Shown: piece by piece, positions 1-9,575 of the stretch
Position numbering within the stretch: position 1 is the first letter of the stretch
How the letters are laid out: each line of letters begins with the position of its first letter
Origin: a bacterium
GTDB lineage: Bacteria; SAR324; NAC60-12
DNA: 16,902 bases
Assembly: GCA_965233585.1 (NCBI GenBank)
Contig: CBDDTI010000559.1
Span: 1-16,902 of the forward strand
Reading direction: 5' to 3'
The notes under the pieces: generated by a model
Databases searched by the model: none
Seen by the model: only the letters and a program-made list of their open reading frames with translations
What the model was told of the DNA's origin: nothing
Translations under genes and position numbers: made by a program

Positions 1-2650
1 GTTTTCAAATAAAAAATATTGATATTATTTTCCAGAGGTTGCCATCACAAGCCAAAAAAAAACAACGGAAATCCCGTTTTCAAAAAGAAGATATTGACAT
101 TATTTTCCAGAGGTTCCCATTACAAGCCCAAAAAAAGGGAAATCCCGTTTTCAAATAGAAGATATTGACATTATTTTCCAGAGGTTCCCATCACGAGCCC
201 AAAAAAAGGAAAATCACGTCTTCAAATAGAAGATATTGGTATGATTTTTCAGAAAAGCCCAAAAAAACACGGAAATTCCGTTTTCAAATGAGGTCCCCAT
301 CACAATTCCAAAAAAATAACGGCAATTCCGTTTTCAAATAGAGGATATTGGTATTATTTTCCAGAGGTTCCCATCACAAGCCCAAAAAAAGGGAAATCCC
401 GTTTTCAAATAAAAGATATTGGTATTATTTTCCAGAAAAGTCCAAAAAAACACGGAAATCCCGTTTTCAAATGAGGCTCCCATCATAAGCCCAGAAAAAA
501 CACGGAAATTAAGTTTTCAAATAGAAAATATTGATATTATTTTCCAGAGGTTCCCATCATAAATCCAAAAAAAGGGAAATCCCGTTTTCAAATAGAAAAT
601 ATCGACATTATTTTCCAGAAAAGAACAAAAAAAACGGAAAACCCGTTTTCAAATGAGATTTCCATCACAAGCCCAGAAAAAACACGGAAATTCCGTTTTC
701 AAATAAAAGATATTGATATTATTTTCCAGAGGTTGCCATCACAAGCCAAAAAAAATAACGGAAATTCCGTTTTCAAATAAAGGATATTGGCATTATTTTC
801 CAGAGGTTCCCATCACAAGCCCAAAAAAAGGTAAATCCCGTTTTCAAATAGAAATTACTGGCATTATTTTCCAGAAAAACCCAAAAAGACACGGAAATCC
901 CGTTTTCAAATGAGATTCCCATCACAAGCCCAGAAAAAAACACGGAAATTCAATAGAAGATATTGATATTATTTTCCAGAGGTTGCCATCACAAGCCAAA
1001 AAAAAACGGAAATCCCGTTTTCAAATAGAAGATATTGGCATTATTTTCCAGAGGTCCCCATCACAAGCCCAAAAAAAGGAAAATCCCATTTTTAAATAGA
1101 AAATATTGGCATTATTTTCCAGAAAAGCCCGAAAAGATACGGAAATCCCGTTTTCAAATGATGTTCCCATCACAAGCCCCAAAAAAAAACGGAAATTCCG
1201 TTTTCAAATAAAAGATATTGATATTATTTTCCAGAGGTTGCCATCAAAAGCAAAAAAAACACCGGAAATCCCATTTTCAAATAGAAAATATTGGCATTAT
1301 TTTCCAGGGTTTCCCATCACAAGCCCAAAAAAAGGGAAATCCCGTTTTCAAATAAAAAATATTGGGATTCTTTTCCAGAAAAGCACAAAAAAACACGGAA
1401 ATCCTGTTTTCAAATAAATTTCCCATCACAAACCCAGAAAAAACTCGGAAATTCCGTTTTCAAATAAAAAATATTGATATTATTTTCCAGAGGTTCCCAT
1501 CACAAATCCAAAAAAAGGGAAATCCCGTTTTCAAATAGAAAATATCGACATTATTTTCCAGAAAAGAACAAAAAAAACGGAAATCCCGTTTTCAAATGAG
1601 GTTCCCATTACAAGCCCAGAAAAAATACGGAAATTCCGATTTCAAATAGAAGATATTGATATTATTTTCCAGAGGTTGCCATCACAAGCCAAAAAAAAAC
1701 AACGGAAATCCCGTTTTCAAATAAAGGATATTGGCATTATTTTCCACAGGTCCCCATCATAAACCCAAAAAAAAAATTCCCGTTTTCAAATAGAAACTAC
1801 CGGCATTATTTTCCAGAAAAGCCCAAAAAAACACGGAAATTCCGTTTTCAAATAAGGCTCCCATCATAAGCCCAGAAAAAACACGGAAATTCCGTTTTCA
1901 AATAGAAGAGGTTGGCATTATTTTCCAGAGATTCCCATTACAAGCCCAAAAAAAGGGAAATCCCGTTTTCAAATAGAAGATATTGGCATTATTTTCCAGA
2001 AAAATCCAAATAAATACGGAAATCCTGTTTTCAAATGAGATTTCCATCACAAATCCAGAAAAATACGGAAATTCCGTTTTCAAATAAAAAATATTGATAT
2101 TATTTTTCAGATGGTTGCCATCAAAAGCAAAAAAAACGGCAATCCCGTTTTCAAATAGAAGACATTGGCATTATTTTCCAGAGGTTCCCATTACAAGTCC
2201 AAAAAAAGGGAAATCCCGTTTTCAAATAAAAGATATTGGTATTATTTTGCGGAAAAGGCGAAAAGGAGACGGAAATCTTATTTTTAAATAAGGTTCCCAT
2301 TATAAATCCAGAAAAAACACGGCAATTCCGTTTTCAAATAGAAAATATTGGCATTATTTTCCAGAGGTTCCCATCACAAGCCCAAAAAAAAGGAAATCCC
2401 GTTTTCAAATAGAAGATATTGGCATTATTTTCCAAAAAGCCTAAAAAAGGGAAATCCCGTTTTCAAATAAGGTTCCCATCACAAACCCAGAAAAAACATG
2501 GAAATTTCGTTTTCAAATAGAAAATATTAATATTATTTTCCAGTTAACGGAAATCCCGTTTTCAAATAAAAAATATTGGCATTATTTTCCAGGGGTTCCC
2601 ATTATAAGCCCAAAAAAGGAAAATTCCATTTTCAAATAGAAAATATTGGT
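1..2650. repeat. Higher-order tandem satellite (~71-75, ~62 and ~50 bp related monomers)
   Basis: The GTTTTCAAA anchor recurs at about 1,76,147,218,280,330,401,462,513,583,645,695,768,840,902. Full monomer is about GTTTTCAAATAGAAGATATTGGCATTATTTTCCAGAGGTTCCCATCACAAGCCCAAAAAAAGGGAAATCCC. The 62-mer lacks the GGTTCCCATCAC part and the 50-mer lacks the ATATTGGCATTATTTTCC part. The array runs off the left edge. Confidence 0.95.
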
Positions 2651-2960
2651 ATAATTTGTCCAAATACTCAAATTAAGATTAACCGACAAACCATTTTCAA
2701 ATAAATATTGTCAAACAACCAATAGGGAAGCAGAAAAAAACATTTCAAATAGAAAATATTTATTATATATATATGTATTTACCCATATTTACTCCAAATT
2801 TTCAAAATAAAATTGGCCAACAAACCATTTTCAAATAAAACATATTATCAAATAATCAATAGGGAAACGGAAAAAACCATTTCAAATAGAAGATATTTAT
2901 TATACCAACCCAAAATTTTTAAGAAAATTATACGACAAACCATTTTTTTAATAAAAAATA
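2651..2960. repeat. Divergent satellite-related terminal repeats (~115-135 bp period)
   Basis: ACAAACCATTTT at ~2686, ~2820 and ~2935. CAATAGGGAA and CATTTCAAATAGAARATATTTATTATA each occur twice. Shares the TTTCAAATA core with the satellite. Confidence 0.75.
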
Positions 2961-3109
2961 TTCGGTTAAATAATACACCAAGTTTGTGTTTTTAGTATTG
3001 GTCTAAATGGTTTTTAAATAAAAAATATTAGTTTAGACCCTCCTAGGACCATGTTAGCGGAGAGTACCAAAATAGTTCCAATATCCCGGATGTTTGACCA
3101 ATTTAGGTC

Positions 3110-3460
3110 ATTAAATTAATTTATCTTTTATTTAAAATAAATTTTTCAATATATCCAAACCCGTTTCAAATAAAAAATCGGTTTTCCGATAATGCCTGAA
3201 TATTTTTTATAATAACGGTATAAAATATAATTAATATTATATATTTTAATTTTAAAATTTATAATAAATTAATAATATAAAATATAAATCGATAAAAATA
3301 TAATTATTAATAAAAATATTTTATTTTTAATTTTAAAAAAATATTTTGTTTAATTTATAAATATATTTTATTTATAATAATATATATTTAATAAAAAATA
3401 ATATAAAAAATAATTTGAAATTTAATATTATATAATAATATTATTATTATTTTAATTTAG
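3110..3460. other. Extreme A/T-rich low-complexity core
   Basis: Only 4 G/C bases counted between 3219 and 3459 (C3290, G3291, G3348, G3417). Confidence 0.9.
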
Positions 3461-3461
3461 C

Positions 3462-4215
3462 TATATCCAAATTAAAATTTACAAAATACCTCAGCTTCGG
3501 ACCACTTTAAAGTTAAGATGTCGAAAAAGTACACGCCGTTGTAGCACGAAATACATTTCGAAATCAAAATATATAAAATACACCATTGTCGGACCACTTT
3601 TGGAAATTAAGATGTCGAAAAAGTGCATTCCGTTGTGGTGCGAAGCACATTTCGAAGTCAAAATGTCAAAAAACACCAGGGGTTCGGACCACTTTTGATC
3701 GTTCAAATGTCGTTCCGCATGGCAGGCATGGGACATTTAAAAAGGATCTGCATAGATGCATTTTCCGTGGCAGGCACAATCCAAAAAACATGTTCATGAG
3801 AGATGTTTGGAGGTCAGGGCGCCGATTTCCTGCGAGGGGTTGTATTTTCGAACATCAAATCTATAGGTTTGCTAAAATGATTTTACGTGACAGGTGCAGT
3901 ATTTCGTATGACCTGGCATCAATTTTTCGTAGCAGGCGTAATACTTTAGACAGGTAGAATAGAAAAATTCCAAAATGCATTGATATGAGGCTGTCAGTGT
4001 TGTACTCACCTTTCCATTTTTGAAGGAAGTCTCGCAGAATTGTTTTGTATTTGATATTGTTAAATTCAAAAATTAAAGAAATCTCGTAAAATTGCTTCGT
4101 TTTGGATATTACCAAGGTCCAAAAATAAAGAAATCTCATAAAATTGCTTCGTTTTGGAAGTTATTATGTATAAAAATGAAGGAAGTCTCGCAAAAATTCT
4201 TCGTTTTTAATCTTG
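3462..4215. repeat. Degraded interspersed repeat with ~93-bp and 52-bp internal tandem units
   Basis: CGGACCACTTT recurs at 3498, 3590 and 3685. The GAARTCTCR unit recurs with exact 52-bp spacing (CTC at 4031, 4083, 4135, 4187). From memory it resembles a high-copy Symbiodiniaceae repeat family; this was not searched. Confidence 0.8.
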
Positions 4216-4590
4216 CAAATAAATAGACAGACAAACAGACAGGCAGACAGACAGACAGGCAGACAGACAGACAGACAGGCAGACACAGGCAGACACAGGC
4301 AGACACAGGCAGACACAGGCAGACAGAGGCAGACAGAGGCAGACAGAGGCAGACAGAGGCAGACAGAGGCAGACAGAGGCAGAGGCAGACAGAGGCAGAC
4401 AGAGGCAGAGACAGACAGAGACAGACAGAGACAGACAGAGACAGACAGAGACAGACAGAGACAGACAGACACAGACAGACACAGACAGACACAGACAGAG
4501 ACAGACAGAGACAGACACAGACAGACACAGACAGACACAGACAGACACAGACAGACACAGACAGACACAGACAGACACAGACAGACAGAG
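4216..4590. repeat. Compound micro/minisatellite: (AGAC)n then 10-bp units AGACACAGGC, AGACAGAGGC, ACAGACAGAG, ACAGACACAG
   Basis: Directly visible. There is no T on the + strand from 4224 to 4590. It explains the low-complexity ORFs in several frames. Confidence 0.97.
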
Positions 4591-4648
4591 TCGACTGAGC
4601 TGTGGAAGCCAAAGATCGGGAGAACTCAACTCCGTTTGAACATCCGTC

Positions 4649-5510
4649 CTTTGGAGAAGAGCAATATCCTCAATAAAAGCCCCAATTCCAAAAAAGGTCA
4701 CCCTCAAAATGATCAGAAACCGCAGAGCCATGATGGCATGATCTAGCTGAGGTGGTTTGCTTTCAACCACCCGGCAACAATTCACTGAGTTCGACTGTCA
4801 AAGCATCACCGAATATTCTATTTCATTCTATTTCGATATATTATTTAAGATACTCTTGTCCGTGAAGTATGAAAGCTTTTGCCAAGCCATTAGTTTGGCT
4901 CCCGAAGTCCCAAAGTGTTTTGAGTCAAGCGTGGTCTTCAGCATGGTACTTGAATGTGGTACCTTTGTTATCGTTGGGGCATTAGCTACATACAGGACTT
5001 GGATGCAATTTTAGTATCACTGCGCCAATGGCACGAAAATGAACAAAATGATGCATGTGTTCAAAGTTGACCACTCAGTTTTGGCCAAAACAGGGCCTCA
5101 TTCACCGTTGAAGATTCGGTCTGTGCCGATGTTGATTCAAATGCCCCTTGATTAATGTATCAGGCAGCAAGATGTTCACTGTGTGTTCACTTCATGGTCA
5201 ACAATTGTGCAAGGCTGCTCCAACATGCAAGTGTCAACGATCCAAATTTGGACAACATGCTCAGTCCAGTTTGCAAGTGCTAGGTCCGCAAGGTACTCCA
5301 ACAACTTTATCTGTATGAAAAACATGTGCCTTGAACGCCTTAAAATGAAAGTTTTTGAGGCTCACATGGAGGAAATTTGTGCTTACAACAATGGAAGGTA
5401 CGTCGGTACGTATAGAGTATAGAGCTTGCGTTGCCACTGTTTGTCTGTCCTGCAGGCTGAACATCGCACGGAGTGGGTTTTGGAAGACTCTGTGACAGGG
5501 CCCTGTACAT
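4649..5510 (-). CDS. 5' exons of an uncharacterised probable membrane protein/transporter (partial; continues leftward)
   Basis: Phase-compatible exons 5510-5450, 5146-5097, 4962-4883 and 4702-4649, with donors GA, GC, GC and a tentative GA; all acceptors AG|G. Translation: [81 protein letters not shown], i.e. a disordered N-terminus then a hydrophobic helix. Start context GCCATG. Family not recognised. Confidence 0.5.
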
Positions 5511-5656
5511 GGCCACTGGGCTTAGCCACACAGTAGCACGTCAGTAGTCGTGGGGCCTGGGTCACAAAGCACATTCGCTGAGACCAACAGACTCAACCTC
5601 TACAAAGATGTGAGATCTCACTTCTCAACCAGATTCAACCAGCGAATTTTTGCAGC

Positions 5657-8600
5657 TCACTTCTTCCTCGAAGCAATAAACCACGCCGCAGCTGCGGCAG
5701 CAATTGCGCCAACCTTAGCCAGGTTGAGAAGGCTTGCGAAAGCATTGCTCTAACGGACTTGCTGCCAAATAGCCAGCAAAATAGGAGCTGCTGAAGCAAA
5801 GTTCACGCCGTTCTTGCTCAGAAGCGCCTCTTGAATGCTGTAAAGCACGTGCAACGAATATCAACAAAACATTGAGCAGTTTCTCTGCGTTTCTATTGCT
5901 CATTTCTTGGAGTTGCACCAAGGCGTCTTTCAACCAGCAGCAAAACAAAGGTCTGGTTCAGCATCAAAATAAACTGTTTTTAAGCCTGCTCAAAGAAAAA
6001 CCGAAAAGCCGCAACAAAAATAAACATGCGGCACCATCCCAACTCTCTCCACACGTAGTATGCTGATAACAACTGTGCAAAATATGACAAATGAAGTATG
6101 GATACTATTGTGGTCGAACTCACCCGCCTACAACCTTCCCAATTTTGGAAACTGGCAGAGTCGTACTCACACATTTCGGACAGGCGCCATGTTTTTTTTA
6201 CTCGCTCGCTGGCATGTTTAATATCTCTATGCTGTCACAGAGCATAGAGCGAGCTGCAGCTGGCGCCATGCAAAGCTTAAGTTGAATCTAGCTATGCCAG
6301 CTATGCATTCACCTGGGTCATTTCCGTTTTACTATTGCGCAATCAGTGGAAACCTCAAGACTCCTTTTCATATGTTTTGCTGCATGAATGCTACATGATG
6401 CTACATGCCTGGCCCAAGGGAAGGGGAAATAGTTTCAAGCAGTCCTACCAACGATAATTGAGAAGAAACTTTTTAAAAATGTTTAGCCCGCACACATGAA
6501 AGGAGGGATAAATTAAAGTGACGAAACCCTGCGTGTGTGTGTGTGTGTGTAACATCTAAATAGATGTAAAACTTCTCTCTTTTTTTCTTCTTCTGTCCTC
6601 TCCCTTTCTAATCCTAACACTAATGCAGGGGGACAGAGCTCTCTGATGCTACTCTGTCCAACGAAGCTATGCATCAGAGAGGGAAGCATCCATTGGCCAT
6701 GGATGTGTACCTGCTTTAATTTGTTTCTCATCTAATTTGCATGTTACAGGATTCAGTTCCTGCCGGATCACTACAATGATCCATTCTTATCTAGTGTGAT
6801 TCCTATGGTGACTCCGACATGGTGCCATAGGGCCAATTGAGGCAACCCTATTTGGGGTGAATGTCGACTGAATTGACAACCGAATTTACACATTTTAATT
6901 TAGTAATTCGTTTAAGTAAAGTGCAACAGCTGGCCTTACCGTTTTGCGCCTTTGATGATGTCCTGCGGCTCCTGTGGTCCCAGGGATTCCTCGCCGCAAT
7001 GCCTGTCTACCAGAGTGAAGCCGTTTGAAACTGCCAGAAACCTCGTTTTTATTGCAGCTCTTGCTTTCACAGTGACAGATTAACTAGGACAGGATTTGAA
7101 CAACAGGCAGGCACACGACTTTCAGGTGTGGTCTTTTTTCTTTTGATGGTTGTCTGGTGAGGTGAAACATATTGTGCACCTAATTCGCTGGAACTTGAAA
7201 GCCGTTTATGCCAATTGGGGCAAGACTTGACCACGGTCCCGGAAAGGGAATAACGCACGACCTTCAGGTAGTTAGGAACTGAGTCCTGTTGTTTAATTAA
7301 TTGTTTTGTTTTTTGTTTGTCATCAACTAGTCCCCCATTTGGTCCCTAATTCTCCCCGCGTGCCTCTCCGTAATGTGTCGTGGGGTTTAGGTGTGAGCGC
7401 TGTTTTGGTCAGGTCCGTTTCGCCGTGTAGGTTGGTTTTGGAGGTCCGTTTGTTCCCCTCCCCCCCCTGCGCTGTTCTGGCCTTCTGCCCGTCGTCTGTG
7501 TTCGCCTTTTTCTTCCTTTTGCCTTTCAGGGTTGACCCGGCTCCGGCCGGGTGTGTGTGTGTAACATCTAAATAGATGTAAAACTTCTCTTTTTTTTTCT
7601 TCTTCTGTCCTCTCCCTTTCTAATCCTAATACTAATGCAGGGCGACAGAGCTCTCTGATGCTACTCTGTCCAACGAAGCTATGCATCAGAGAGGGAAGCA
7701 TCCATTGGCCATGGATGTGTACCTGCCTTAATTTGTTTCTCATCTAATTTGCATGTTACAGGATTCAGTTCCTGCCGGATCACTACAATGATCCATTCTT
7801 ATCTAGTGTGTGTGTGTCATGCAACGAGTGTCACAAAACCCCAAAGCTTCCCACCAAGCCCAAGTTCGGATTCAGGATACCTCCCCGACAGGCACCTCTT
7901 GCACTGTCAAAACGAACACATTTAGCGCGGTAAGTCGAATTTCTCAAGAGCTCTTGCAAGTGAAGTGACTGCGCCCACCCAAACACCCCTGCGAAACATT
8001 TCTTGTCGCACCTTGCCCAACCTTACCCTACCAGCAGATTGTATTCAAAAATGCGGAACTGTTTCATTGCAACCATGCAATGCTCAACTACGAGGCAGCT
8101 TTGTCAGCCTATTTGCTCATGTCTCATGCATTGCCTCTGGGTCAGGAATTCCTTGCCCTTCGTCCCAGCCAGATTCGCGAAACTTTTGGACCTGAAAATC
8201 AGGCTAAGATCCGTTGCTCAGCTTAGACTTGCAAGCTTCTCAACTTCCGGAGACTACAGCACGGCAAAAGCAAGCAAATTATGTTTTTCATGCCCGAAAA
8301 GAGTTGGCACTGTGTGTGTGTGTGTCTTCAAAATTCAAGACCAAACAGCTTCGCACACGTATGATCAGGAATATGCTGTTTACCCGCCGAGTGAGGGTCT
8401 CCAGGTTTTGTGTTAGCTTCTCCTTCCTCCCTCCTCTTCCGCGTCCTTCTCCTCCTCTCTGCTTTCTCTCACAGCAAGCTGGCTACAGCAAGCTCACAAT
8501 CTCCTTGCGGATCACCAGACTATCGCGAGCTTGCAGACTCTCTGAGCCTTGCCCGACCCTGAACATTATCACAAGCTTGCAGACTCTGTCGGCCTTGCCC

Positions 8601-9253
8601 TGACCCGAAATGCAAGATAAAATCTCAGCTAGAATGTGAGACAGAATATATGTCACATAGATTCACATAGAATGTTAGAATATATGTCCGTTGGTGGGGA
8701 TCACTCGAAGTAAAGTAATTTCATATACTTCATGTATGGGTACAGCAGATAAGATGCACCACTGACTCAATCGACCTGCTCTTCTGATCCTTCCAGGAAT
8801 CCTTTGAGTTCCAACTTCTCTTCTTTGCGAGCTGCATCTGAATGCAATGCATCCTCTCATGGCCAGGTTCCACAGGTTCATCATGGATGATCATGGATCA
8901 TCATGATGCATCTTGCATAGGTCCCTAAGATTGACAACATTCGGGCCTCAAACTCGAGAGACGCATCTCTTCCTGCTACATCCTCGAGCAATTGTGAACC
9001 TTGGAAATGTCATTCTTAATGTCATGACGTTCATATGCGTACTGTGCTCGCAAAATCTTCTGTGTCCACCCCACGGCATGCTCAGCAAAACAAGTCCAAA
9101 CTGTTTAAACCAAGAAAACCGCCAACCGAGTTTCCAACCGCCTGGGTGCTCGTGCATGAAATTAGACACATCGTAGACCACACCATGTATGGCCATCCAC
9201 ACATCCCCATCACCATTGTGCTTGGCAAGCTCTTTGTGGCTGATGATGTTCAT
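5657..9253 (-). CDS. CYB5: Cytochrome b5, tail-anchored, 6 exons, ~137 aa
   Basis: Exons 9253-9139, 8999-8947, 8853-8776, 8191-8135, 5827-5774 and 5713-5657 join in frame (414 nt). Translation: MNIISHKELAKHNGDGDVWMAIHGVVYDVSNFMHEHPGGSQLLEDVAGRDASLEFEDALHSDAARKEEKLELKGFLEGSEEQVQKFRESGWDEGQGIPDPEALLSKNGVNFASAAPILLVGAIAAAAAAWFIASRKK*. It has the VYDVS..HPGG, AGRDAS..F and HS..A heme motifs and a C-terminal TM helix. The last three exons are less certain, and exon 5 has an alternative GT donor 15 nt further on. Confidence 0.88.
6551..6798. repeat. Direct repeat copy 1 (248 bp)
   Basis: Matches 7563-7810 at constant offset 1012 with 4 substitutions counted. Confidence 0.97.
7563..7810. repeat. 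Direct repeat copy 2 (248 bp)
   Basis: Matches 6551-6798; both copies are preceded by (GT)n and end in CTAGTGTG. Confidence 0.97.
8527..8603. repeat. Short imperfect duplication in cytochrome b5 intron 3
   Basis: AGCTTGCAGACTCT....GCCTTGCCC occurs at ~8528 and ~8574. Confidence 0.7.
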
Positions 9254-9272
9254 TCTGCCAATACGCTAGGCT

Positions 9273-9280
9273 CTTGAGCC
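9273..9280 (-). promoter_or_regulatory. Spliced-leader relic / candidate trans-splice acceptor upstream of cytochrome b5
   Basis: GGCTCAAG, equal to the last 8 nt of the dinoflagellate SL (DCCGTAGCCATTTTGGCTCAAG), ends 19 nt before the ATG. Confidence 0.5.
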
Positions 9281-9575
9281 GACATCGCTGCATTCTTCTA
9301 ACACAATGCAGAGGAAAACCTAGATAATCCTCAGCACCATGATCTTGCAGGGACTGACCCTTGCTTGAACAATGTATATAGATTTGTCGAAATATGTCGA
9401 GATTGAAACTGACAGCAATCCGAGTCAAGCTTGTGCTGAACGCTATCTTGTTTTATGTATGTCAAAAGACCGATTGGATAACGAGAGACGAACATGTATC
9501 GTGAAAAAGCAAACCCTGGCGCACTTTTGCAGAGGATCTTTGCCTCTTGCGGCATAGTCAACCAAATCCAACAAT

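Larger units (their letters stand above)
6533..7817. mobile_element. Non-coding putative retroelement with 248-bp direct repeats, inserted in/with (GT)n inside cytochrome b5 intron 4
   Basis: Layout: (GT)9 6533-6550, repeat 6551-6798, unique 6799-7550, (GT)6 7551-7562, repeat 7563-7810, GT run to 7817. No recognisable RT or transposase ORF. Mobility is inferred. Confidence 0.6.

Noticed and set aside
1..2650. CRISPR-like regular repeat
   Set aside because: No unique spacers, no cas genes, eukaryotic context.
713..2995. Short ORFs in the satellite (FSNRR/PITSPKK peptides)
   Set aside because: Chance open frames through tandem repeats, broken by A-tract length changes.
3491..4785. ORFs of 65-192 aa across the interspersed repeat and microsatellite
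   Set aside because: Low-complexity or repeat-derived translations with no domain; only 4702-4649 is kept as a possible exon.
7154..7168. CTGGTGAGGTGAAAC as a minimal hammerhead core (also CTGATGC in the repeat)
   Set aside because: Deviates from CUGANGA, and I could not build helix II or a helix III with a cleavage triplet.
6513..7743. Duplicated ORF MRNKL(K/R)QVHIHGQW...
   Set aside because: A by-product of the direct repeat; it runs into (CA)n and has no recognisable motif.
8948..9253. 101-aa ORF as a complete cytochrome b5
   Set aside because: After HPGG it reads intron sequence; the second heme His lies in downstream exons.
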